64,000 bases of DNA from Polyangiales bacterium (GCA_046351215.1 JAXLYX010000019.1:1-64000); one strand, 5' to 3'. Positions 38,637 through 48,563 are shown, counted from the first letter of the stretch. The notes: generated from the letters alone by a model not told the origin. Numbers and translations: made by a program.

Positions 38637-40742
38637 ATGCCCAGGGAAGCCCGTTCGAAGCAGGAGAAGGAGCTCGAGACCCTCGCCGAGGAGATCCGGT
38701 ACCACGAGGCCGCGTACCGTCGCGGCGAGCCCGAGATCCCGGACGGAGCCTTCGACGACCTCGTCGATCGCTACGAGCAGCTCGCCGAGTCGCTCGGGGT
38801 GCCACTCGCGCAGCGGGTCACGGCGAGGCCGGGCGCCGAGCACACGGAGGGCTTCGAGCAGGTCGCGCACCGCGTGCCGATGCTCTCGCTCGAGAAGCTC
38901 ACGCCGAGCAAGAAGGACGGGAGCGGGGGCTCCCTCGGGCTGCGCGAGCAGCTCCTGCAATGGGTGACGAGGCGGCGCAAGGACCTCGAGCTCGCGGCGC
39001 ACGGACGGCTCGAGCTCTGCGTCGAGCCGAAGATCGACGGGATCTCGATGTCCCTCCTCTACCAGGACGGGAAGCTCGTCCGCGCCGTCACGCGCGGCGA
39101 CGGAGAGAAGGGCGACGTGATCACGGCCCAGGTGCGGGCCGCCCGCGCCGTCCCCGAGCGTCTCGAGGGCACGAGCCGCGGCGAGGTCGAGATCCGTGGC
39201 GAGCTCTACTTCCCGCTCGACGCCTTCCACCGCCACAACGAGGCGCTCGCGGCACGCGGCGAGAAGACGCTCGTGAATCCCCGCAACGGCTGCGCGGGGC
39301 TCATGAAGCGTAAGGATCCCTCGGGGCTCGAGGGGATCGGCATCCGCTCGTTCCTCTACCAGGTCCCCTGGGCCCAGGGAGTCCATCTGCCCCCGACCCA
39401 GCACGCGACGCTCGAATGGCTCCGCGCGCACGGAGGCGACGTCTACCTCGACCTCGTGCACGTGACCGACGACGTGGACGCCGCGCTGGCGTTCTGCGAG
39501 GGCTTCGCCGAGAAGCGCGGCACCCTGCCCTACGACATCGACGGGATGGTCCTGAAGGTCGACGAGCTCAAGCACTACGGCGCGCTCGGCATGACCGGAC
39601 ACCATCCGCACTGGGGCGTCGCCTACAAGTTCCCGCCCGAGCGGAAGGCGACGAAGCTCGAGGACATCGTCGTGCAGGTCGGGAAGTCGGGGAAGCTCAC
39701 GCCGGTCGCCGTGCTCGAGCCGGTCTTCGTCGCCGGCACGACCGTGAGCCGCGCCTCGCTGCACAATTTCGTCGAGCTCGCGCGCAAGGACGTGCGCGTC
39801 GGCGATCGCGTCTTCGTCGAGAAGGCCGGCGAGATCATCCCCCAGGTCGTCGGCGTCGACCTCGAGGCGCGGCCCCACGGGACGCACGAATTCCATCCGC
39901 CCACGAAGTGCCCGACCTGCGGGACGCCCGTCGTCGCCGAGGACATCTTCGTCTACTGCCCGAACCCCGCCTGCCCCGATCAGGTGCGTGAGCGTCTCGT
40001 CCACTTCGCGAGCCGGCATGCGATGGACATCGACGGGCTCGGCGAGGCGGTCGTGAACCTCCTCGTCGACGAGCTCGGCGTGCGCTCGCCCGACGACATC
40101 TACCGGCTCGACGCGGCGAAGGTCGCGGAGCTCCCGCGCATGGGGAAGAAGAGCGCAGCCAACCTGATGCGCGCGATCGAGACGTCGAAGTCGAGGGGTC
40201 TCGCGCGCGTCCTCGTCGCCCTGGCCATCCGCCACGTCGGCGAGACGATGGCGGAGGAGCTCGCACGCTACTTCGGCTCGATGGTCGCGCTCCTCGAGAT
40301 GGCGCATCGATACGACTCCGGGGACGCCGAGGCGGTGCGTCTCTTCGCGCCCGAGAAGTCGGGAGAGCGCGGAGCCATCGAGGGGCTCGCGAAGAAGAGC
40401 GCCGACAGCATCTTCCGCGAGCTCTCGTCCCCGCAGGTCCGTCGCGTCATCGCGGGCCTCGCCGAGGCGGGCCTCGTGATGACGGCGGAGAAGCGCTCGG
40501 TGGTCGCCGTCGAAGGGGTGGCGGGCAAGGCCTTCGTCCTCACGGGCACGCTGCCCACGCTGAAGCGCGACGAGGCCGCCGCGAAGATCAAGCAAGCGGG
40601 CGGCAAGGTCTCCGGCTCGGTGTCGAAGAAGACGAGCTACGTCGTCGTCGGCGCCGAGGCCGGCAGCAAGCTCGCCGACGCCGAGGCGCTGGGAATCCCG
40701 ACGATCGACGAGGCCGAGCTCCTCCGCATGTTGGGGGAGTGA
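38637..40742 (+). CDS. ligA: NAD-dependent DNA ligase
   Basis: Adenylation 'EPKIDGISMSLLY' (KxDG), 'CPTCGTPVV...CPNPACP' Zn finger, HhH and C-terminal BRCT ('FVLTGTLPTLKRDEAAAKIKQAGGKVSGSVSKKTSYVVVG'). Confidence 0.9.
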   Translation: MPREARSKQEKELETLAEEIRYHEAAYRRGEPEIPDGAFDDLVDRYEQLAESLGVPLAQRVTARPGAEHTEGFEQVAHRVPMLSLEKLTPSKKDGSGGSLGLREQLLQWVTRRRKDLELAAHGRLELCVEPKIDGISMSLLYQDGKLVRAVTRGDGEKGDVITAQVRAARAVPERLEGTSRGEVEIRGELYFPLDAFHRHNEALAARGEKTLVNPRNGCAGLMKRKDPSGLEGIGIRSFLYQVPWAQGVHLPPTQHATLEWLRAHGGDVYLDLVHVTDDVDAALAFCEGFAEKRGTLPYDIDGMVLKVDELKHYGALGMTGHHPHWGVAYKFPPERKATKLEDIVVQVGKSGKLTPVAVLEPVFVAGTTVSRASLHNFVELARKDVRVGDRVFVEKAGEIIPQVVGVDLEARPHGTHEFHPPTKCPTCGTPVVAEDIFVYCPNPACPDQVRERLVHFASRHAMDIDGLGEAVVNLLVDELGVRSPDDIYRLDAAKVAELPRMGKKSAANLMRAIETSKSRGLARVLVALAIRHVGETMAEELARYFGSMVALLEMAHRYDSGDAEAVRLFAPEKSGERGAIEGLAKKSADSIFRELSSPQVRRVIAGLAEAGLVMTAEKRSVVAVEGVAGKAFVLTGTLPTLKRDEAAAKIKQAGGKVSGSVSKKTSYVVVGAEAGSKLADAEALGIPTIDEAELLRMLGE

Positions 40743-40849
40743 GGGGCGGGCGAGCGACGATCTTCGTCCGTGCCCGAGGAGGGGTGGCCTTGTCGGCCAG
40801 TCGGCCGACCCTAACGTGTAGGGAAACGTAGCATTCAGCCGGTTTTCCG

Positions 40850-41659
40850 ATGCGCCCCCTCCTCGCCGTCGTCCTCGCCTTCCTCTTCCTCGCCGTCCAC
40901 GCCTACGCCCAGGTCCCTCCCACGACCACGGATCCCCGGGCCGTGATGGAAGCCTCGTACCGTCTCGACGCGGGCGATCGCCTGGTCGCCCGCGTCCGGA
41001 TGACGATCACCGACGCGCAGGGCCGTGCCCGCGTTCGCGAGGTCGTGCTCCGCGCGATGGAGTTCCAGGGCGGTCGCAAGACGCTCATGCTCTTCGAGAG
41101 CCCGGCGGACGTCCGCAACACGGGGCTGCTCTCGATCGACCACGACGAAGGCTCCCGGCGCGACGAGCAATGGCTCTACCTCCCGAGCCTGCATCGCGCG
41201 ACGCGCATCGCGGCCTCGCGTCGCTCCGGCTCCTTCGTCGGCTCCGACTTCAGCTTCGCGGATCTCACGGCGGCCGATCCCGACGAGTACGAGCTGCGCA
41301 TGGTGCAGGCGGACGTCGCGGTGAACGGCGAGCCCTGCTGGCGCATCGAGGCCACGCCGCGCACGCCCGCCATCCGCGAGGAGACGGGCTACGAGAAGAT
41401 CGAGGTCTGGATCTCGAAGCGCAGCCTGCTGGCGATCCGGACGAAGGCGACGATGGGGCAGGGGAGGGCGAAGTACGTCGCGCTCGAGGACGTGCGCCGC
41501 GTCGACGGCATCTGGACCGCGCATCGGGTCGTCGCCCGCACCGTCCGCAACGACCAGCTCGAATCGCAGACGGTGCTCGAACGCCGCGACGTGCGGTACG
41601 GTGATGCGACCGTGACCGAAGCCGACTTCACCGTGCAGCGCCTCGAGCGGGGACTCTAG
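40850..41659 (+). CDS. Secreted LolA-like / outer-membrane-lipoprotein-sorting-family protein
   Basis: Signal peptide 'MRPLLAVVLAFLFLAVHAYA'. Size (269 aa) and pattern are typical of small LolA-fold proteins encoded beside MMPL/RND exporters. Family assignment by recall only. Confidence 0.5.
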   Translation: MRPLLAVVLAFLFLAVHAYAQVPPTTTDPRAVMEASYRLDAGDRLVARVRMTITDAQGRARVREVVLRAMEFQGGRKTLMLFESPADVRNTGLLSIDHDEGSRRDEQWLYLPSLHRATRIAASRRSGSFVGSDFSFADLTAADPDEYELRMVQADVAVNGEPCWRIEATPRTPAIREETGYEKIEVWISKRSLLAIRTKATMGQGRAKYVALEDVRRVDGIWTAHRVVARTVRNDQLESQTVLERRDVRYGDATVTEADFTVQRLERGL

Positions 41660-41664
41660 CGTCC

Positions 41665-43170
41665 ATGCGCCTCGGTGCGCTCCTCCCCCCGCTGCTCGTC
41701 GCGGCGTGCTTCGTGTCGTCCGCCGCTCGCGCGCAGACGGTGGAGAGCGCGAGCGATGCCGTCGGCTGGGGCGAGAGCGCGTCCGACGAGAGCGCGGGCG
41801 ATGCGGTCGGCTGGGGCGGGGGCGAGGCCACGACCGCCGAGTCGCCTTCCGAGCCCGTCGACGAGGCTTCCGCGGAGCGTGCGACCTCCGTCGGAGGCAC
41901 GGTCCGCGGCGACGGCGCGATGTGGACCGAGCGTCTCGGCGACAACGGCTTCGCGAAGGCGCGATTCTCCTACGATCTCTGGCTCCGCCATCGGCTGCGG
42001 CGAGGTCGGCTCGTCCTCGGGCTGCACGGCGAGCAGGACTTCGCCTACCTCTACGAGCCCGAGACCTACGATCAGCCGACGATCGACGTCTACGGGTCGG
42101 TGATCCGTGCGGGGGAGAGCTACCTCGCGCTCGAGACCGCGAACGCCGAGCTCGCGATCGGCACGCAGGTCGTCAATTGGGGCCACGGCGAGATGCTCTC
42201 GGTCGTCGATCTCGTGAATCCGCGCGACATGCGCGAGCCCGGCTTGATGGACCCGATGGACGTGCGCATCCCGGCCCTGATGAGCCGAGGCTCGTGGACG
42301 AACGGCCGCACGCGGCTCGAATTCCTCTGGCTCCACGAGGCCTACTTCCGCCTGCGCCCGCCGCCCTTCGGGACGTGGAGCCTCGTCCGCACGGCCGTGC
42401 TCACGGATCCGACCATCGCGATGACGCCGTTCCCTTCCTACGTCGACACCCGCGACGTCTACTGGCAGCAGAGCCCGCGACGCGTGTCGGTGGAGAGTCA
42501 GCAGGTGTTCGCGCGGGTGACACGGACGCTCGGACCGGTCGACCTCGGCTTCTACGCGGCCGACTACCTCGACCCGATCGGCACGGCGACGTTGCCCGAG
42601 GCGAGCGCCTGGGCGAACGCGGCCGTGTACGTGCCCCTCGACCATCTGCGCACGAACACGATCGGCGCCTCCGTCTCGTTCGTGCACCGGGATCTCTCGG
42701 GCTGGCTCGAGGTCGGCTGCGACATCCGGCGCCCGGTGAACACGGTGGATTTCGCCACGTTCGGCATCGGCACGGAGCGGCGCACGCTCTTCCGCTGGAC
42801 GCTCGGCGTCCGCTACCAGGGGCTCCGCGACACGACGATCGCCCTCGAATACGGGCAGGGAACGCAGCAGGGGCCCGGCGGGAGCGACTACCCGCTGCTC
42901 GTGCCGATCTTCCCCGCGACGCTCGCCGCGCGCGTCGAACGGAGCTTCGCACGGGAGCGATTGCGCGCGATGATCGTGGCCGCGCTCAACGGCGAGCACT
43001 TGGCGGGAGGTGGCTTCGCGCGCGCGCAGCTCGCCTACGTGCCGATCGACGGACTGACTCTCTCGATCGGCTACGCGATCTACTTCCCGACCGACACACC
43101 GTCCCTCGTCTGGGGCTTCACGACGAACGATCGCTTGATGGTCGGAGTCCGTTACGATTTCGCTCGTTGA
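41665..43170 (+). CDS. Secreted protein, probable outer-membrane beta-barrel (DUF1302-like?)
   Basis: Signal peptide 'MRLGALLPPLLVAACFVSSAARAQ'. Alternating beta-strand-like composition. The C-terminus 'GVRYDFAR' lacks a terminal Phe, so the barrel call is tentative. Confidence 0.45.
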   Translation: MRLGALLPPLLVAACFVSSAARAQTVESASDAVGWGESASDESAGDAVGWGGGEATTAESPSEPVDEASAERATSVGGTVRGDGAMWTERLGDNGFAKARFSYDLWLRHRLRRGRLVLGLHGEQDFAYLYEPETYDQPTIDVYGSVIRAGESYLALETANAELAIGTQVVNWGHGEMLSVVDLVNPRDMREPGLMDPMDVRIPALMSRGSWTNGRTRLEFLWLHEAYFRLRPPPFGTWSLVRTAVLTDPTIAMTPFPSYVDTRDVYWQQSPRRVSVESQQVFARVTRTLGPVDLGFYAADYLDPIGTATLPEASAWANAAVYVPLDHLRTNTIGASVSFVHRDLSGWLEVGCDIRRPVNTVDFATFGIGTERRTLFRWTLGVRYQGLRDTTIALEYGQGTQQGPGGSDYPLLVPIFPATLAARVERSFARERLRAMIVAALNGEHLAGGGFARAQLAYVPIDGLTLSIGYAIYFPTDTPSLVWGFTTNDRLMVGVRYDFAR

Positions 43171-43281
43171 CCTTGCTTTCCCGACTCCGGCCACTTGTCC
43201 GGATGTAGGTATGGCTCCTACGTGGTGGCACGAGCCGAGCCGACGCGGCTCCTCGCGTGGAACGCACGGGAAAGGAATTCC

Positions 43282-43569
43282 ATGACCGGCAGCCCCATCC
43301 ATCCGACGGACGACGGCCTCGCGGTCGAATGGCTGATGTCGCTCCTCGCTTCCACCGGGGACATCTACGTCCGTCCCATCGCCGGCGGTCCGACGATGGA
43401 GACGTCGCTGCGCGAGGAGCTCGGGCTCGACTCCATCGGGATGGTGGGCGTCTTCTACGCGGTGGTCGACGAGCTCGGTCTCGACGCCGACGAGCGCGTC
43501 GTGGCGGACTGGCGCACGGTCGCCGACGTGGTGCGCTTCGCACGGAGCGGAGCCGAAGGAGCGGCATGA
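43282..43569 (+). CDS. Acyl carrier protein
   Basis: 'LGLDSIGMVGV' phosphopantetheine-attachment (DSx) motif, 95 aa, strong Shine-Dalgarno GGGAAAGGAA. Stop overlaps the next gene (ATGA). Confidence 0.75.
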   Translation: MTGSPIHPTDDGLAVEWLMSLLASTGDIYVRPIAGGPTMETSLREELGLDSIGMVGVFYAVVDELGLDADERVVADWRTVADVVRFARSGAEGAA

Positions 43570-44981
43570 CGAACGCGCCTCCGTGGAAGACGGTCGCGCT
43601 CGATCCCGATGGACGTCGGCGCAGCGAGCCGATCCTCGCAGGGCTCCCCGAGGTGCCTCCGCTCTCGGTCGTCGTGCTCGCCGTCGCCGATCCCGCGTTC
43701 CTGGTGGCGGGCTACGAAGCGGTGCTCGCCCGGGAGGCGATCCCGCTGCTCCTGCACGGCACCACGCCGCTCGCGCTCGCGCGGCGGATGGTCGAGCGGG
43801 TCGGCGCCGCGGCCCTCCTGCATGCGCCCCTCGAGGGGGATCCCCACGTCGAGACCGCCCCGGCGGGAAAGGCCCGACTGCCGGAGCGCGGACATCTGCT
43901 CTGCACGAGCGGCACGACGAGCAAGTCGGGCGAGCCGAAGGTCTACTTCTTCCCCGAGGCCCGGGCCGAGGCGAACGCCCGCGCGCATCTCGCTTCCCTC
44001 GGCCTCGCCGACGCGCGCGGTCTCCGCATCCTCCTGCCGCTGCCCGTGAGCCACGCGTTCGGTCTCGTCTGCGGACATCTCGCGGCGCGGGCGACGGGCT
44101 CGACGCTCCTCGCGTTCACGAGCACGCCCGATCCCGCGACGTTGCTCGAGGTCGCGGCGCGCGAGCAAGCCCAGGTGCTCCACCTGACCCCGCCCATGGT
44201 GCGACTGCTCGCGCGGCGTCACGCGCGCAGAGCCGCCCCCGCGCTGCCCGAGCTCTCGCTCGTCGGCGTGGGCTCGGCGCCGAGCACGGCGGGCGAGATA
44301 CGAACGCTCCACCGGCTCTTCCCCGCGTCGCGCATCGTCGCGACGTACGGGCTCACGGAATGCGGACCCCGCGTGGCGACGTTCCAGGCCGGGACCGCCG
44401 AGCATCCCTCGATGCTCCTCGACGTCGACGACGCCGCGCAGGTGCCCCTCGGCGAGCCGCTCGCGGGCGTCCGGCTCGCGCTCGAGGACACAGGCTCCGA
44501 TGGCGTCGGAGAGCTCGTCGTGCACACGCCTTACGTCGCCACCGGACGCCTCGTCGACGGCGCGCTCGAGCCCATGCCCGCCGGTCCCTTCCGGACGCGA
44601 GACGCCGCGCGTCGCGAGGCCTACGGCGGGATCACCCTCCTCGGTCGCATGGACGGAACCATCGTCCGAGGCGGGACCAACGTGTATCCGACGAACGTCG
44701 AGCCGCTCGTCGAGGACGTGGCAGGCGTCACCGGCGTCTGCCTCGTCGGTCAGCGCTCCCCGACCTACGGAGAGGTCCCCGTGCTCGTCTGCGAGGTCGC
44801 GGCCGGGACGCACGAAGAAGAGCTCCGTCGGTCGATCGAGGCGCGGCTCGCCGACGAGCTCCCGCCGACCGATCGCCCCGTCGAGATCCGCTTCGTGCGC
44901 ACGCTGCCGCGCACCTCGCTCGGCAAGGTGATCCGCGCCGAGGTGAAGTCCAGGCTGGAGGCCCCGCATGGCTCTTGGTGA
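43566..44981 (+). CDS. AMP-dependent synthetase/ligase (adenylate-forming enzyme, short form)
   Basis: 'LLCTSGTTSKSGEPK' (AMP-binding motif I), 'ATYGLTECG', 'GELVVHTPYVATG', 'TRDAARREAYGGITLLGRMD' (motif with hinge Asp), 'SLGKV' terminal Lys. Confidence 0.75.
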   Translation: MTNAPPWKTVALDPDGRRRSEPILAGLPEVPPLSVVVLAVADPAFLVAGYEAVLAREAIPLLLHGTTPLALARRMVERVGAAALLHAPLEGDPHVETAPAGKARLPERGHLLCTSGTTSKSGEPKVYFFPEARAEANARAHLASLGLADARGLRILLPLPVSHAFGLVCGHLAARATGSTLLAFTSTPDPATLLEVAAREQAQVLHLTPPMVRLLARRHARRAAPALPELSLVGVGSAPSTAGEIRTLHRLFPASRIVATYGLTECGPRVATFQAGTAEHPSMLLDVDDAAQVPLGEPLAGVRLALEDTGSDGVGELVVHTPYVATGRLVDGALEPMPAGPFRTRDAARREAYGGITLLGRMDGTIVRGGTNVYPTNVEPLVEDVAGVTGVCLVGQRSPTYGEVPVLVCEVAAGTHEEELRRSIEARLADELPPTDRPVEIRFVRTLPRTSLGKVIRAEVKSRLEAPHGSW

Positions 44982-45999
44982 TCGGCACGCCTCGCTCGGC
45001 GGGAAGGGCGTCGCGATCCGCGGCATCGCCCATCGCCTCGGCTCGCGGAAGGTGACGAACCAGGACATCATCGACGAGCATCGCATCCGCCTGAAGGACG
45101 CGTGGGTGCGCGAGAACATCGGCATCTCCGAGCGCCATTGGGTCGGGCCGCACGAGTCGACCGCGACGATGGCGGCGGAGGTCTGCGCCGAGCTCGTCGG
45201 GAACGCGGGGCTCGCGCCGGCGGCAGTCGATCGCCTGATCGTGGCGACCGTCTCTCCCGAGGTGATCACGCCCTCGACCGCCTGCATCACGCAGTCGATC
45301 TTCGCGCCGGGCACGGCCTTCCCCTGCATGGATCTCGTCGCCGCCTGCGGAGGCTTCCTCTACGCGCTCGACGTCGGCAGGCGCTGCGTACAGACGGGCG
45401 ATCGGAACGTCCTCGTCGTCGCCTCGGAGGTGCGGAGCGCCTTCCTCGACAAGCAGGATCGGCGCACGGTGATGCTCTTCGGCGACGGCGCCGCGGGCGT
45501 GCTCCTCACGCCGGCCCGAGAGGGCGAGGTCGGCATCGTCGACACCCGCCTCTTCGCGGACGGTCGCTTCTGGGAGGCGATCTCGGTGCCGGCAGGCGGC
45601 GTGCGGCGGCCTGCGTCCGCGGAGACGGTCGCGGAGAAGGCCCACTCGATCACGATGAAGGACGGAGCCGCGATCTTCGAGCGAGCCGTCGCCGAGATGA
45701 CGGAGCTCGTGAAGGCGATGGTGCTCGGCCACGGCGCCACGCTCGACGAGGTCGACTTCTTCGTCTTCCACCAGGCCAGCGTGAACATCGTGAGGCGCGT
45801 GCTCGAGGCCCTCGGGATCCCCGAGGAGAAGACCTGGATCAACTTCCCCCGCGTCGGGAACTGCACCGCCGCTTCCGTGCCGATCGCGCTCTCCGAGGCC
45901 GTGCGCGCAGGTCGGGTGAAGCGGGGCGATCTCGTGTGCTCCGTCGCGACCGGAGGTGGGTTCACCGCCGGGACGGCGCTCTTCCGCTGGGAGGTCTGA
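44968..45999 (+). CDS. FabH-like 3-oxoacyl-ACP synthase III / OleA-like thiolase-fold condensing enzyme
   Basis: Cys-His-Asn triad contexts 'MDLVAACGGFLYAL', 'FVFHQASVNI', 'RVGNCTAASVPIAL'. 343 aa. Confidence 0.85.
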   Translation: MALGDRHASLGGKGVAIRGIAHRLGSRKVTNQDIIDEHRIRLKDAWVRENIGISERHWVGPHESTATMAAEVCAELVGNAGLAPAAVDRLIVATVSPEVITPSTACITQSIFAPGTAFPCMDLVAACGGFLYALDVGRRCVQTGDRNVLVVASEVRSAFLDKQDRRTVMLFGDGAAGVLLTPAREGEVGIVDTRLFADGRFWEAISVPAGGVRRPASAETVAEKAHSITMKDGAAIFERAVAEMTELVKAMVLGHGATLDEVDFFVFHQASVNIVRRVLEALGIPEEKTWINFPRVGNCTAASVPIALSEAVRAGRVKRGDLVCSVATGGGFTAGTALFRWEV

Positions 46000-46000
46000 C

Positions 46001-46828
46001 ATGAAGGGAACGCGACGCATCGAGGACTGTCGGGTGTGGGTGACGGGCGGGCGCCGCGGTCTCGGATACGCGTTCGCCGCGCATTTCGCCTCGCTCGGAG
46101 CCGAGGTCCACATCACCTCCCGCGAGCCGGGGAGCGCGGCCGCCGTCGAGGCCGTCGACTCCCTCGCCCACGCGGCGCGCGCCCACGCGGTCGGCCACGG
46201 CACGCAGGCGAAGCCCGTCACGGTCCACGGCCTCGACATGGCCGATCCCGCGAGCCTCGACGCGCTCTCGGACGCGATCCGCCACCATCCGCCGCACGTC
46301 CTCGTCCACGCGGCCCACGTCTTCGCCGACCACGTGCCGATCGTCGGTCGGAAGCCGGAGGACTTCGCCCGAGGTCTCTCGTCGAACGTCGTCTCCGCCT
46401 ACACGATCCTCCGCTCCGCGGCGCGCGCCATGGCGCGCGAGGGGCTCGGACGCATCCTCGTCGTGGGCAGCTTCGCGACGGTGAAGCCGGGCCTCGGACA
46501 GGTCGGCTACGTGACGGAGAAGGCGGCGCTCGAGGGCATGGTCCGCTCCTTCGCCGCGGAGTTCGCGGCGCGCGGCGTCCACGTGAACGTCGTGCATCCG
46601 GGCATCTGCGACACCGAGAACGTCCGCGACCGCGTGCCCGAGGTGATCCGCGACGCGTACGCCGCACGGACCAGCGCCGGGAGGCTGCTCTCGCCGAAGG
46701 AGGTCGTGCTCGCGTCGTTCTCGCTGTGCGATCCCCGGCACGCCGGGATCACGGGCCAGTCGCTCGCGATCACGGGCGGCGCCGATCTCGCGGGCCTCGT
46801 GGCCGGCACCTCGGGGGCGGAGACGTGA
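46001..46828 (+). CDS. Short-chain dehydrogenase/reductase (SDR), ketoreductase-like
   Basis: 'VWVTGGRRGLGYAFA' dinucleotide fold, 'YVTEKAALEGM' (YxxxK), 'VHPGICDT'. GGGAGG Shine-Dalgarno sequence, 1-nt gap after the KAS III stop. Confidence 0.8.
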   Translation: MKGTRRIEDCRVWVTGGRRGLGYAFAAHFASLGAEVHITSREPGSAAAVEAVDSLAHAARAHAVGHGTQAKPVTVHGLDMADPASLDALSDAIRHHPPHVLVHAAHVFADHVPIVGRKPEDFARGLSSNVVSAYTILRSAARAMAREGLGRILVVGSFATVKPGLGQVGYVTEKAALEGMVRSFAAEFAARGVHVNVVHPGICDTENVRDRVPEVIRDAYAARTSAGRLLSPKEVVLASFSLCDPRHAGITGQSLAITGGADLAGLVAGTSGAET

Positions 46829-47637
46829 GCACGCGCGGCGCGATCGTCCGCTCCATCGTGCTCTTGCCCCCGCTCGGCCACGACGCGGCGCTCTACGCGC
46901 CGCTCGCGCGCGCGATCGGCGATCGGCTCGAGGTCGTCGCGCTCGACTATCCCGGCTTCGGCGAGGAGCCACAGGGCTTCGACTACGAGGCTCCCGAGCT
47001 CCTCGAACGGCTCGCCGGGCACTTCGCCCAACGCATCGACTCGCTCGGGATCGAGCCGGTCTTCCTCGGCGGCGTCTCGCTCGGCGGCACGCTCTCCTTC
47101 CCCCTGGGCTCGAGGCTCGCGCGAGCGCCCGAGGGAAGGCTCCTCCTCGCGTCGGGAGGTCTTCCCGTGGCGATGGTCCGGAAGGACGCCGTGCGCACGG
47201 CGATGAACGAGCTCGGCGCCGTCGGCTTCGCGCGCAGGCACCTCGGGCTCGACCATCCGGACCTCGACGCGTCGAGCCTGCGGACCCACATCGGTCGCAT
47301 GACGGAAGACGTCGCGCGCTACTTCGAGCACTACTTCCACACGACGTGGGAGGGTCCGGCGTTCGAAGCCCGCGCGAACGCCTCCGTCGCGATGCTGAGA
47401 GCCGCCCTCGACGTCGACTTCCGCGAGGCGATGCGCGATCCACGCCCCCGTTCGGTGGTGATCTGGGGCGACCGCGATCGGATCTTCTCGCGATCGTTCG
47501 TCGACCGTCTCGTCGCGACGCTCGCACGCCCTTCGCTCCACGTCCTCGACGGCGTGGGGCACTACCCCCCGCTCGAGGCTCCCGACGAGGTCGCACGGAT
47601 CGTCGTCGAGGCCCTAGAAGGAAAGGCAGAAGCATGA
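46825..47637 (+). CDS. Alpha/beta-hydrolase fold protein (thioesterase/OleB-like?)
   Basis: 'FLGGVSLGG' nucleophile elbow (GxSxG), C-terminal 'LDGVGHYPPLE' His. GTGA overlap with the SDR gene. Confidence 0.7.
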   Translation: MSTRGAIVRSIVLLPPLGHDAALYAPLARAIGDRLEVVALDYPGFGEEPQGFDYEAPELLERLAGHFAQRIDSLGIEPVFLGGVSLGGTLSFPLGSRLARAPEGRLLLASGGLPVAMVRKDAVRTAMNELGAVGFARRHLGLDHPDLDASSLRTHIGRMTEDVARYFEHYFHTTWEGPAFEARANASVAMLRAALDVDFREAMRDPRPRSVVIWGDRDRIFSRSFVDRLVATLARPSLHVLDGVGHYPPLEAPDEVARIVVEALEGKAEA

Positions 47638-48326
47638 CCGACCACAGCAGCCATCCCGTGATCGCCCGGTTCGATCGCGTCCTCGAGGAGGCGGTCGGCC
47701 GGATCGAGGACAGTCCCTTCGTGAAGGACCTCGCCGCCGGCAAGCGCGTGCTCCCCCTCTACGAGGCCTATCTGCGCGAGGCGTACCATTTCGTGCGCCT
47801 GACCTCGTCGTTCACGCCGCTCGCGGCGCGGCGCATGGATCCGGAGCTCCTCGGCCTCCGCCAGTGGATCCTCCACCACTCGGCCCACGAGATGGGTCAC
47901 GAGCTGATGGCGCTCCAGGACCTCGAGCTCCTCGGCCAGTCGCGCGAGTCGGTGAAGGCGAGCCAGCCGCGCCCCGGCACCTGGCAGTGGGTCCACTTCT
48001 TCTACTACCAGGTCGTCGAGCGTCCGCCGTTCGCCGCCATGGGCGTCCTCTACTTCCTCGAGGGGATGGCCGCGAAGCTCGCGCCCATCGTCGTGCAGCA
48101 GGTGCTGCCCTCGCTCGAGGGCGAGAAGAAGCGGGCGACGCTCTTCGTGCGCGAGCACGGCGAGCTCGACCTCGAGCACACGGACGAGCAGAAGGACGTG
48201 CTCGTGAAGTACTGCACGAATCCGTTCGACCAGGACGTCGTCTGCGAGACGATCCTGCAGGCCAGCTACGCCAAGCGCGCGATGATCGATCACATCGCCG
48301 AGACCGTGGGGAACCGAGCGCCATGA
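47634..48326 (+). CDS. Heme-oxygenase-like fold protein (TenA/PqqC/CADD-type; candidate HO-like non-heme di-iron oxidase)
   Basis: 230 aa, all-helical composition with carboxylate/His pairs 'HHSAHEMGHE', 'YFLEGMAAK', 'VREHGELDLEHTDE'. ATGA overlap on both sides. Family call is pattern-based and tentative. Confidence 0.5.
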   Translation: MTDHSSHPVIARFDRVLEEAVGRIEDSPFVKDLAAGKRVLPLYEAYLREAYHFVRLTSSFTPLAARRMDPELLGLRQWILHHSAHEMGHELMALQDLELLGQSRESVKASQPRPGTWQWVHFFYYQVVERPPFAAMGVLYFLEGMAAKLAPIVVQQVLPSLEGEKKRATLFVREHGELDLEHTDEQKDVLVKYCTNPFDQDVVCETILQASYAKRAMIDHIAETVGNRAP

Positions 48327-48559
48327 CCGTCACCGAATCCGACCTCAAGAAGATGATCTCGGCGATCTGCCGCGTGCCCGAGGAACGCATCGCGCGCGAG
48401 ACGCGCTTCGTCGCCGACCTCCACATGGACTCGCTCGCGAGCCTCGATCTCCTCACGGAGCTCGAGGAGGTCCACGGCGTCGTGATCACGCAGGAGGAGG
48501 CACGCCACCTCCAGACCTTCGGTCACCTGCTCGATTTCCTCGAGAAGCGCGAAGACTGA
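48323..48559 (+). CDS. Acyl carrier protein (second copy)
   Basis: 'ADLHMDSLASLDLLTELEE' DSL motif, 78 aa. ATGA overlap with the upstream gene. Confidence 0.75.
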   Translation: MTVTESDLKKMISAICRVPEERIARETRFVADLHMDSLASLDLLTELEEVHGVVITQEEARHLQTFGHLLDFLEKRED

Positions 48560-48563
48560 GCCC

